Positions 1-8,714 of a stretch of 64,000 nt of DNA are shown here, one piece after another. A program made the position numbers and the translations under genes. How positions within the stretch are numbered: the stretch's first letter is position 1; the number at the start of each line of letters is the position of its first letter. Source of the DNA: Longimicrobiales bacterium (GTDB lineage: Bacteria; Gemmatimonadota; Gemmatimonadetes; Longimicrobiales; Gaopeijiaceae); NCBI GenBank assembly GCA_965238005.1, contig OZ250165.1, forward strand, positions 2,016,001-2,080,000. Direction: 5' to 3'. The notes beneath the pieces are model-generated. The model searched no databases and had not been told where the DNA came from. It worked only from the letters and a program-made list of their open reading frames with translations.

Positions 1-166
1 TGTCGGGATAGACGCCCCTCGTGAAGGGAAACTCCCCGGGCCGTCCGATCTCAGAGGCCTCGCCACCGGCCCCTCCATCGGCCTCGCCCCATTTACCCTC
101 GTAAAGGGCGTCCACCTCGATCCCGCTGTCCGTATGGAAGCGGGCGTTGTCTGCGTCCCTGTTCAC
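1..166 (-). CDS. Methylmalonyl-CoA mutase large subunit, N-terminus (runs off the window edge)
   Basis: Manual translation from GTG at 166 (GTGA overlap with the upstream stop) gives VNRDADNARFHTDSGIEVDALY...GRPGEFPFTRGVYP, the typical mutase N-terminal motif. It lies next to the PCC genes. Confidence 0.8.
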   Translation of the reverse strand, partial: MNRDADNARFHTDSGIEVDALYEGKWGEADGGAGGEASEIGRPGEFPFTRGVYPD

Positions 167-693
167 GGGGTCTCCTCGCTGTCTCCCGCCCCGGGCGGAA
201 GCATCTCCATGAGGATCTGATCCTTCTCCACGGCCTGTCCAGGGGTGACGTGGATGGCTCCGACCCGGGCCCGGGCCTCCGCCGAGAGCTCATTCTCCAT
301 CTTCATGGCTTCCACGATCAGCAGGCCAGTGCCCGCCTCGACCAGCTCACCCTCTTCGACCTTCACCTCGACCACGAGGCCGGGCATGGGAGCCCGCACC
401 ACTTGCGGACCGACCGGACCGGCTAGGGCGGCCGACATCTCGCGCATGGTCTTCGTGCGCTCGTCCAATACATCCACCCGCTCGTGACGGCCCCGAAGGT
501 GGAGATCCCATTCCCCCTTCCCCAAGGAGCAGGCCACGATGCGATGGGACTCACCGCCAATCAGGAAGGAGTGCACATCGGTACCGGCCACTTGCAAAGC
601 GGAGATCTCCACGGGCTCCCCGTCAACGCGAACTCCGTCTTCTTCGATCTCGACTTCGAATGTCGCGTCTCGGATGCTGACGTAGTACCGCAT
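163..693 (-). CDS. accB: Biotin carboxyl carrier protein (BT + biotinyl domain) of acyl-CoA carboxylase
   Basis: RAPMPG and EAMKMENE biotinylation motif. Confidence 0.92.
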   Translation of the reverse strand: MRYYVSIRDATFEVEIEEDGVRVDGEPVEISALQVAGTDVHSFLIGGESHRIVACSLGKGEWDLHLRGRHERVDVLDERTKTMREMSAALAGPVGPQVVRAPMPGLVVEVKVEEGELVEAGTGLLIVEAMKMENELSAEARARVGAIHVTPGQAVEKDQILMEMLPPGAGDSEETP

Positions 694-698
694 GGAAC

Positions 699-2051
699 CT
701 AGTTGGGGATCTGCGGGACCGCTCGACGCTCCAGCACGGCGGCGGTTTCCACGTGGGAGGTTTGGGGAAAGAGATCGAACGCGCGGATCTGGGAGACGTC
801 ATAGGGGGGGCGGAGCCGTGCCAGATCCCGGGCGAGCGTCGCCGGGTCGCAGCTCACGTAGATCACGCGCGGCGGACCGTCGGTGCGGAGCGTATCCGTC
901 ACGCGGGCGTCCACTCCCGCTCTCGGCGGATTGAGGATCACCACGTCCGCCGGGAGCACCTCCGACAGACGCTCTTCTACGCTACCGGCGAGAACCGTGA
1001 AGCCCTCGGGCGCGTTTCTTGCAGCCGTCTTGGCGGCGCGGGGGTCCTGCTCGATCCCAACGGCCCGCCCCCCGGCCTGGGCGATACGCCGCCCGTAGAC
1101 CCCCACGCCGCAATAGGCATCCACGACGCCGGTCTCTGGGCCTACCCGTGCCGCGTCGAGGACCCACCGGTGAAGGTGATCTGCGGCGTTCTCGTTGGCC
1201 TGGAGGAAGGCCGTAGGACTCGTGCGGATCACCTCGCCCAGGCGCGTCTCGTGCACCACGGCCTGGCCGGCGAGGAGGCGCTGGGTTCCCTTCGGGCCGA
1301 GGCTCCAGACGGCCACGAGGCCCTCGACTTCCTTGATGAGAAGATCCGCGCGACCCGGACCCCTGCCTCCCTCCACCACCAGAATGAGCCCTTCATCCAC
1401 GGTGCGCAGCGTCAGGCGTAGGCGCCGCCCGGCAGGAAGCCTCCGGGCGGCCTCGCCCCACGTGGCCCGCAGCTGTCGCCACGCGGTGGCGATGGTGGGA
1501 TCCGGCAGGATACATCCGTCCTCCACGTCGACGATGCGCCCTGGGTTGGTCAAGTGGTGGAAGCCCGCAACCACCCGCTGTCCGGGGAGTCGGAGCAGGG
1601 TGAAAGTGAGTCGAGAGCGATAGGCCCGTGGAACCGGGCTCGCCTCCGCGGGCGGGACGGTGACCTCCAGCCCACCGATTCGCTCCAAGGCGTCCCGCAC
1701 GAAGCGGGTCTTCCAGACGAGCTGATCCTCGTAGGGGATGTGCTGCAGCGTGCAGCCGCCGCACTCGGCGTAGTACGGGCAGGCCGGCTTTACTCTGTGC
1801 GGAGCGGCCTGCAAAACGTCCACCAGGCGCCCCCGAGCCCAGCGTCGCTTCTGGCGTGTGATCCGCACGCTGACCTCGTCACCCGGAGCCGTGCGGGGCA
1901 CGAAGACCACCCGACCATCGGGCAGATCCCCCACCCCCGCTCCATCAGAGCCCAGGGCCCGGATATGCACGGAGGCCACGTAGAGTTCGCCCTCAGCGCC
2001 CGGCTCGACGCCCGCCGTCAGCTCGTCCACGGCCACCCGGAGGCTCGCCAC
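699..2051 (-). CDS. rlmD: 23S rRNA (uracil-C5)-methyltransferase, RlmD/TrmA family; start probably GTG at 2051
   Basis: TRAM domain, CPYYAECGGC Fe-S motif, AFLQAN, DAYCGVG, NPPR, YVSCDPATLARD, FPQTSHVE. The 5' part of the called ORF overlaps accC and is spurious. Confidence 0.85.
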   Translation of the reverse strand: MASLRVAVDELTAGVEPGAEGELYVASVHIRALGSDGAGVGDLPDGRVVFVPRTAPGDEVSVRITRQKRRWARGRLVDVLQAAPHRVKPACPYYAECGGCTLQHIPYEDQLVWKTRFVRDALERIGGLEVTVPPAEASPVPRAYRSRLTFTLLRLPGQRVVAGFHHLTNPGRIVDVEDGCILPDPTIATAWRQLRATWGEAARRLPAGRRLRLTLRTVDEGLILVVEGGRGPGRADLLIKEVEGLVAVWSLGPKGTQRLLAGQAVVHETRLGEVIRTSPTAFLQANENAADHLHRWVLDAARVGPETGVVDAYCGVGVYGRRIAQAGGRAVGIEQDPRAAKTAARNAPEGFTVLAGSVEERLSEVLPADVVILNPPRAGVDARVTDTLRTDGPPRVIYVSCDPATLARDLARLRPPYDVSQIRAFDLFPQTSHVETAAVLERRAVPQIPN

Positions 2052-3511
2052 GGTGAGAGTCCCACCCCGTCCCACCCGTCGATCCGGGAGAACCCCCGGT
2101 TCTGGCGGGCCTGGTGCTCGAGCACGGCAGCCGCCACCGCCGAGACCCGGAGACCGTCGTGGTTGGTCTCCAGCAGCTCCGGATGGTCCTCGAGATACAA
2201 CGTGCTCAGCCGGCCTCTCCTGAAGTCCTCTTCGTCCATCACGCCGCGGTGGAACGACGCACTGGTCTCGATGCCGGCGACCACGAGCTCGTCGAGAGCC
2301 CGGCCCATCCGGTCGATGGCCGCCTCCCGGGTGCTGGCGTGAACGATGAGCTTGGCCAGAAGCGGGTCGTAGTAGAGCCCGCCCTCGAAGCCTTCCCGGA
2401 TACCGCCGTCCCAGCGGATACCGGGGCCGTCCGGCAGGTCTAGCCGGTCCACCCGGCCCGTGGACGGAAGGAAGCCGTGCTGGGGATCCTCGCTCGTGAT
2501 CCGGCACTCGATGGCGTGCCCGACGAACGACACGTCGTCCTGCCCGAAGTCGAGCTCTTCCCCCCCTGCGATGCGGATCTGCCACTGAACGAGGTCGATC
2601 CCAGTCACGAGCTCCGTCACCGGATGCTCCACCTGCAGTCGCGTGTTCATCTCAAGGAAGTAGAACTGTCCTTCGCTGTAGAGGAACTCGACGGTACCAG
2701 CGCCCCGGTAGTCCACAGATCTGGCCGCCTGCACGGCAGCCTCGCCCATGGACGCCCGCTCGTCGGGGGTCAGAAGCGCCGAAGGCGCCTCCTCGATGAG
2801 CTTCTGGTGACGCCGTTGAATAGAGCATTCCCGCTCGCCGAGATGGATCACCTGCCCCGAGGTGTCCCCGAGGATCTGAATCTCGATGTGGCGCGGGCGG
2901 GCGAGGTACTTCTCCAGGTAGATGGAGCCGTCCCCGAAGGCGGCCTGGGCCTCCCGCGAAGCCGCCTCCAGGGCGTCGCGGACAGACTCCGGAGCGTCCA
3001 CGATCCGCATCCCCTTTCCACCGCCCCCGGCGGCGGCCTTGAGGAGCAGCGGGAATCCGAGCTCTTGGGCCGCGCTTGCTGCCTGGTCGGCGTCGGACAC
3101 AGGGTCGATCCCACCCGGAACGATGGGGACGCCGGCGGCCTGCATCCTACGACGGGCCTCGGTCTTGTCGCCCATGGCCGCGATGGTCTCCGGACGCGGA
3201 CCGATGAAGACGAGGCCCGCCTCCTCCACCTGAGATGCGAAGGACGCCCGCTCGGCAAGGAATCCGTAGCCGGGATGGATCGCCCCCGCCCCGACATCCC
3301 GGGCCACCTCCACGATCCGATCCCCGCGCAGGTAGCTGTCCACCGACGGAGCCGGTCCTACCGAATAGGCCTCGTCGGCCGCCATCACGTGTGGAGCGAG
3401 CCTATCCGCCTCCGAGTAAATGGCCACCGAACGAAGACCCATCTCCCGGCAGGCCCGGATGATCCGGACGGCGATCTCGCCGCGATTGGCCACGAGGACG
3501 GTGTCGAACAT
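2018..3511 (-). CDS. accC: Biotin carboxylase subunit (acetyl/propionyl-CoA carboxylase alpha, N-part)
   Basis: ANRGEIA, HPGYGFLAE, GGGGKGMR, ECSIQRRHQK, EMNTRLQVEHPVTE. Confidence 0.96.
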   Translation of the reverse strand: MFDTVLVANRGEIAVRIIRACREMGLRSVAIYSEADRLAPHVMAADEAYSVGPAPSVDSYLRGDRIVEVARDVGAGAIHPGYGFLAERASFASQVEEAGLVFIGPRPETIAAMGDKTEARRRMQAAGVPIVPGGIDPVSDADQAASAAQELGFPLLLKAAAGGGGKGMRIVDAPESVRDALEAASREAQAAFGDGSIYLEKYLARPRHIEIQILGDTSGQVIHLGERECSIQRRHQKLIEEAPSALLTPDERASMGEAAVQAARSVDYRGAGTVEFLYSEGQFYFLEMNTRLQVEHPVTELVTGIDLVQWQIRIAGGEELDFGQDDVSFVGHAIECRITSEDPQHGFLPSTGRVDRLDLPDGPGIRWDGGIREGFEGGLYYDPLLAKLIVHASTREAAIDRMGRALDELVVAGIETSASFHRGVMDEEDFRRGRLSTLYLEDHPELLETNHDGLRVSAVAAAVLEHQARQNRGFSRIDGWDGVGLSPWRASGWPWTS

Positions 3512-3679
3512 GAAGTGGGACTTCGTCTTGTCGAGGAGGTCGCAAGGCCCCGAAAGGCCTCAGGGACAACAGCACGAGAAGTTTGGCGGCGGATGTCGGG
3601 AGTGTAAACCCTTGTCCTCTCCGGAAAAACCCGTGGCCGGCCGGGGCGGCCCTACGGGTGGCGGCCTCTGAGCAGAACC

Positions 3680-3747
3680 CTAGTGTCCCGTTACCAAAGT
3701 GTCTCGGCCAGTCGAGGGCACGGTGCATCCGTGGAAACGGAACCCTA
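3680..3747. mobile_element. MITE family A, short internally deleted copy
   Basis: First ~55 bp identical to 4745-4800; imperfect TIRs TAGTGTCCCGTTACC / GGAAACGGAACCCTA. Confidence 0.8.
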
Positions 3748-4659
3748 ATACGGGATCAGGGAGCCCTCGATGACTTCTTCGGCGCCCTTCCGGATGATAG
3801 TCATACGGATGGGCTCGTCTTCCTCGTACGAGTTGATGAGACGGCGAACACGATCGATGGTGTCCACCTCACGGTCTCCGACCGCGAGAATGACGTCGCC
3901 GGGCATGAGGCCCAGAGCCGAGTCGTCATCCACGTCGATGACCAGAACGCCGCTCTCGGCGCCGGAGTACTCACCCAGCCGCGGGTTGAGCTCGCGGAAC
4001 TCGACCCCCGCGGCACACCCTCGCGTGTCACTCCCCCAGGAGCCCCTGGACCCTGGGCAGTCGCCGCCAAACCCGTACGACACGGAGAAGCCGCGACCAG
4101 CACCGAGACGTCCGGAAAGGCCTTCATCCATGTCGAAGGTCCAAATCCTGCCCTCGGGGCCGAAAGCCCTCACCCGCGGGAAATCGAACTCCTCGGCCTC
4201 GATCTCGACCGTCCGGGACTCGCCGTCTCTCAGGTATCGGATCTCGACGGTTTGGCCCGGCTCCATCTCCCGCGCCAACGCCAGGACCCGTTGAGCCGGG
4301 AGGGATTCGTCGCGATCGAGCTCGTCCTCCATTTCGGCGTTGGCCAGCGGCTCGGTCAGCACCTGCCCGTCGAAGGCCGTGATGATGTCCCCATCGCGCA
4401 GGCCGGCGTCCTCCGCCGGTGATCGGTGCATGACGTCCGTGATCAGGGCGCCCTGATCGTCGTATCGCCGAGACTGCCGGGCATCGAGGTAGAGTCCAAG
4501 GCGAGCCCTGGAAGCACTCTGCACGAACATGTTCGGCATTTCGACGACCCGGCGGTGCCTCCGCTCCCGATCTCTGTCCTGTGCCTCGGTGCCCGTGGGC
4601 AGTGCCGTGATGGCCAGTGCGAGCGCGGTCAGCCACCGCAGTGTGTTGTCCAGCTTCAC
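3745..4659 (-). CDS. Secreted protein with two PDZ domains
   Basis: Signal peptide; GALITDVMHRSPAEDAGLRDGDII and GVLVIDV...GLMPGDVILAVG PDZ signatures. Confidence 0.85.
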   Translation of the reverse strand: MKLDNTLRWLTALALAITALPTGTEAQDRDRERRHRRVVEMPNMFVQSASRARLGLYLDARQSRRYDDQGALITDVMHRSPAEDAGLRDGDIITAFDGQVLTEPLANAEMEDELDRDESLPAQRVLALAREMEPGQTVEIRYLRDGESRTVEIEAEEFDFPRVRAFGPEGRIWTFDMDEGLSGRLGAGRGFSVSYGFGGDCPGSRGSWGSDTRGCAAGVEFRELNPRLGEYSGAESGVLVIDVDDDSALGLMPGDVILAVGDREVDTIDRVRRLINSYEEDEPIRMTIIRKGAEEVIEGSLIPY

Positions 4660-4744
4660 CGTCCTTACCTCCCCTTTGGTCCTCGCGTCCGGGCCACTCG
4701 CCCGAAGTCACCCCTGTGATGCGGGCGATAGGCGGGAGCGTTGC

Positions 4745-4930
4745 CTAGTGTCCCGTTACCAAAGTGTCTCGGCCAGTCGAGGGCACGGTGCATCCGTGGG
4801 CTCGGCGTTGGGACTCCTTGCGACCACGCTTCGCGCGGTGCCCGCTTGCGCTACGCCGCGTCGTCCCGCCTTGATCCCACGGCGCCCCGACCCTCTTGGT
4901 GGCTCGCGAACTTCGGCAACGGAACACTAG
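4745..4930. mobile_element. MITE family A, longest copy (186 bp, CTAG to CTAG)
   Basis: TIRs CTAGTGTCCCGTTACCAAAGT versus reverse complement CTAGTGTTCCGTTGCCGAAGT (18/21); related copies at 3680 and 58403. Confidence 0.85.
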
Positions 4931-6477
4931 AGGGGAACGTTCCCGTGCTTCTTGCGCGGGTTCTCGTCACGCTTGTTACGGAGCATGTCGAGAGAACTGA
5001 TGAGGCGGGGCCGGGTGTCGCGGGGGTCGATGACGTCGTCGATGTACCCACGGGCCGCCGCGATGTAGGGGTGGGCAAACTGCTCGCGGTACTCCTTGAT
5101 GCGCGCATCCGTTACGCCCTCGGGGTCATCGGACTCGGCGATCTCCTTCCGGAACAAAATCTCCACGGCACCTTTGGGCCCCATGACCGCGATCTCGGCG
5201 GTGGGCCAGGCGAGGTTCACGTCTCCCCGGATGTGCTTCGAGTTCATGACGTCGTAGGCGCCGCCATACGCCTTGCGTGTAATGACCGTGAGCTTGGGGA
5301 CGGTAGCCTCGGAGAAGGCGTAGAGGAGCTTGGCCCCGTGGCGGATGATGCCGCCGTGCTCCTGGCCCACTCCCGGGAGGAATCCCGGCACGTCTTCGAA
5401 GACGATGAGCGGGATGTTGAAGGCGTCACAGAATCGGACGAAGCGGGCGCCCTTCACCGACGAGTCGATGTCCAGAACCCCGGCCAACACCGCCGGCTGA
5501 TTCGCGATCACGCCGACGGCGTGTCCCCCCAGGCGTGCGAAACCGACGGTGAGGTTTTTCGCGAAGGATGCGTGGACCTCATAGAACTCACCGTCGTCAA
5601 CGACACGGATTATGACATCATGTATGTCATAGGGCTTATTCGGGTTATCAGGAACGATCTCACGTAATTTCTCGTCCCGACGATCGTGTGGATCGGAAGT
5701 ATCCCGATCAGGGGACGACTCGGTGTTGTTCTGCGGGAGGAAGCCCATCAGGTCCCGGACGGCCGCCAGACACTCCGGCTCCGAGTCGTGCACGAAATGA
5801 GCCACTCCCGACGTGGAGCCGTGCACGTCCGCACCGCCCAGGTCCTCCATGTCCACATCCTCATGGGTGACCGTCTTCACCACGTTGGGTCCGGTCACGA
5901 ACATGTAGCTGACGCCCCGGACCATGTACACGAAGTCCGTGATGGCCGGCGAGTAGACCGCGCCTCCGGCGCAGGGGCCCAGAATCACGCTGATCTGCGG
6001 GATCACACCGGAAGCGAGCGTATTTCTCAGGAAGATGTCGGCGTAGCCTCCCAGCGACACCACACCCTCCTGGATGCGAGCGCCTCCCGAGTCGTTCAGC
6101 CCGATGAGCGGCGCTCCATTCTTTAGGGCCAGGTCCTGGAGCTTCACGATTTTCTCGGCATGGGACTCGGACAGGGAGCCCCCGAACACGGTGAAATCCT
6201 GGGAGAAGACGTATACGAGGCGCCCGTGAATCGTCCCGTAGCCCGTGACCACGCCGTCGCCGAGGATTTTTTTGTCGGCGAGGCCGAAGTCAGTGGAACG
6301 GTGCGTGACGAAGCGATCCAGCTCGACGAAGGAGCCCTCGTCCAGGAGCAGATCGAGCCTCTGCCGGGCGGTGAGCTTGCCTCGCTCCTGCTGGGTGGCG
6401 AGGCGGGCCTCTCCCCCGCCGAGCTGTGCGACACGCTCGAGCTCCCGCAGGCGCTCGAGCTCTTCCTCCATCGACAT
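4927..6477 (-). CDS. pccB: Propionyl-CoA carboxylase beta / acyl-CoA carboxyltransferase
   Basis: [41 protein letters not shown]-terminal KKHGNVPL. Confidence 0.95.
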   Translation of the reverse strand: MSMEEELERLRELERVAQLGGGEARLATQQERGKLTARQRLDLLLDEGSFVELDRFVTHRSTDFGLADKKILGDGVVTGYGTIHGRLVYVFSQDFTVFGGSLSESHAEKIVKLQDLALKNGAPLIGLNDSGGARIQEGVVSLGGYADIFLRNTLASGVIPQISVILGPCAGGAVYSPAITDFVYMVRGVSYMFVTGPNVVKTVTHEDVDMEDLGGADVHGSTSGVAHFVHDSEPECLAAVRDLMGFLPQNNTESSPDRDTSDPHDRRDEKLREIVPDNPNKPYDIHDVIIRVVDDGEFYEVHASFAKNLTVGFARLGGHAVGVIANQPAVLAGVLDIDSSVKGARFVRFCDAFNIPLIVFEDVPGFLPGVGQEHGGIIRHGAKLLYAFSEATVPKLTVITRKAYGGAYDVMNSKHIRGDVNLAWPTAEIAVMGPKGAVEILFRKEIAESDDPEGVTDARIKEYREQFAHPYIAAARGYIDDVIDPRDTRPRLISSLDMLRNKRDENPRKKHGNVPL

Positions 6478-6493
6478 CCGTCGTTCTCCTCTA

Positions 6494-6750
6494 GAAGGCT
6501 ATTGAAGAAGTACAGCAGGTCGCCACCCGTGCTACCGCACGGGTACCCGGGATGCCACGGCCCCAGATCCGGGGTACCCGCGCGACAGCGTGGGTCGGAG
6601 CGACGACGCCATAGCCGTCGCTACGGTTAGGAGCTCCAACAACGGGGGCACCACGCGAAGCGTGGTCGGGGCCGTGCCACCGCAACCCACGAACACGTAA
6701 GTTCATAGCAACTATTCCGTTGGGCACACTGTACTTCTTCAATAGCCTTC
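6494..6750. mobile_element. MITE family B (257 bp, non-coding)
   Basis: Perfect 22-bp TIR GAAGGCTATTGAAGAAGTACAG (6494-6515) / CTGTACTTCTTCAATAGCCTTC (6729-6750). Confidence 0.85.
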
Positions 6751-6782
6751 CCGGGCCACGGACGAGCTACCGGTGGGTCACG

Positions 6783-8714
6783 TTAGCGCCCCGGCAGGGC
6801 TGATGGCGAGAAGCTGGGACAGCGAAACCCCACGATGCGATCCGGAGCACCCTCGGGTATGGAGTCGGTCTCGGGATCGGGAAGCGGTGGCAGGAGAATC
6901 GGCTCGGCTCTCGCCCCGACCGGCATAGTCTGTACTCGCCGGTCTTGGAGGCAGATGACGAAGTGCTCCCGAACGACGCGCCCTTCCTCGATGGAGTAGA
7001 CGCCCGCGGCCCCGGGAAAGCCCGAGATGTTCTCCAGATTGGCCAGAAGCTGTGAGGGCGTGCTCGCCCCCATGCGGATCCCCTCGAGCAGCAAAGCCGC
7101 CGCATCGTAACCCAGGGCAGGAACCGTGCTGGGCAGCGTACGCTGGTGATAGGCCTCGTACGCGTCCACGAAGCGGCGGTGGCCCTCGGACTCACCGTCG
7201 GGCGGCTGGGGAGACGCCGCCACGACCCCGTTCGTGTGCCGGGTATCGACCCTGGAAAGCATGTCCTCTTCGGTCCATCCCGCCGTGCCGAGGACCCTGA
7301 TTTCGAGGGAATCGAGTCCGTAGAACGTCACCTGGGGGGCCATGAGCTCCACGTCTCGCGCGGGAAGCGGCAGCACCAGAGCGTCCGGACGGAGGGAGTC
7401 CACCTCCTGGAGCTGCTCCCCGAAGAAGGTGGCACCCGACGGATATGCGAGCTGGCGAAGAACCGAGCCGCCCATCGACTCGAACGCCTCCACGAAAGAG
7501 CGAGCCTCGAACGTGGCGTCGCGGCTCTCCGGGTACATGACCACGGCGGTCTCTAGAGCGCTCTCCACGGCGTAGCGGGCCAGGGCCTGCGAGGCTCCCG
7601 GATCATCACCGGCGAGAGAGTAGACTCCTGCCGCGCCTTCCGGAACGATGGGTGCCGTGGGAGAGATGACGGCCAGGGGACTCTGCCGCTGGCGTGCCAC
7701 TTCCGAGAGCGCCCCGTCTTGCAGGGGTCCGATGAGTCCGAGGGCATTCGCGGAGTCGAGGGCGGCCAACAGCCTGGGGGCGTTGCCGATGACCCCGCCG
7801 TTGTCCTGGATGACCAGCTCGGCCGCCGTCCGATTTCGTTCGGCCTGTCCGAACCGCTCGAGGGCGATCCGGATCCCCTCCTGAATCAGGTCGGCGAACT
7901 CCCTCAGTCGAGGAGAGCCGCTCGTCGGGAGAATCGCTCCGATGACCGGAGTGGTGAAGAACTCACTCATGTCACCCGAGAGAACCCCTTCGGCAATGCG
8001 CCGAGCCCGGCCGGTCGCTCCCGATTCCAGGGCTCGTCGCGCTGAGCTCTGGGCATCGTCCCCCGCCCCCACGGCGTACCGCTTCAAAGCCAGTTCGGCC
8101 AGGATGGGCGAAACGTGTGGCCCACCGGATTCCGCCAGGCTTGCGAGGTCACCCTCGGTGAGCTCCCCCACGCGCTGGGAAATGCGTTCCTGGACGACGG
8201 CATCGTCGTTCCCCGTCGGCGTCGTCAACCAGGCTTCCACGGCCTCTACGGTCCGCCCCAGCGCCTCCAGAACGTCCCCCTCCAAAATCGCCACGGCCGC
8301 TCGGCGATGGTCGCCATCCGGCAGGTACGTGCGGAATCGCCGGACGGCCGCCAGGGCCTCATCGGCCTTACCGATCGCTTTGGATGCCTGAGCGCGAATC
8401 CAGAGCGCTCGAGAGCTTCGCCGTGCCGTCGGGTAGGAGGCTTCGACCTGGAGTGACACCTCCTTCGCCCGGGCGAAGTCCGCCGCATCCAGAGCGGCCT
8501 GGGCTTCGGCGAGGAGACGATCGGACTCGGCCTGTCCCCCCGAATCGACCGATCCCGCCTGGAGCGCAGGATCTGTGGGTCCCGACTCCGTGTCGACGGC
8601 CGCCCCCACCGTGGTGCACGCGAGGGCGAAGATGCTGAGGCAAACGAGAAGCCCAGACATTAAGGGCGTCCGGGCTTTCACACTGAGGCTATCCATGGGA
8701 CGGCTCTGCCTCAA
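6783..8714 (-). CDS. Lipoprotein with TPR-like N-terminus and type-1 periplasmic-binding fold (LpoA/LppC-like PBP activator)
   Basis: Lipobox LAC; helical N-half; IGAILPTSG, LIGPL, LGYDAA, FPGAAG motifs. Confidence 0.7.
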   Translation of the reverse strand: MRQSRPMDSLSVKARTPLMSGLLVCLSIFALACTTVGAAVDTESGPTDPALQAGSVDSGGQAESDRLLAEAQAALDAADFARAKEVSLQVEASYPTARRSSRALWIRAQASKAIGKADEALAAVRRFRTYLPDGDHRRAAVAILEGDVLEALGRTVEAVEAWLTTPTGNDDAVVQERISQRVGELTEGDLASLAESGGPHVSPILAELALKRYAVGAGDDAQSSARRALESGATGRARRIAEGVLSGDMSEFFTTPVIGAILPTSGSPRLREFADLIQEGIRIALERFGQAERNRTAAELVIQDNGGVIGNAPRLLAALDSANALGLIGPLQDGALSEVARQRQSPLAVISPTAPIVPEGAAGVYSLAGDDPGASQALARYAVESALETAVVMYPESRDATFEARSFVEAFESMGGSVLRQLAYPSGATFFGEQLQEVDSLRPDALVLPLPARDVELMAPQVTFYGLDSLEIRVLGTAGWTEEDMLSRVDTRHTNGVVAASPQPPDGESEGHRRFVDAYEAYHQRTLPSTVPALGYDAAALLLEGIRMGASTPSQLLANLENISGFPGAAGVYSIEEGRVVREHFVICLQDRRVQTMPVGARAEPILLPPLPDPETDSIPEGAPDRIVGFRCPSFSPSALPGR

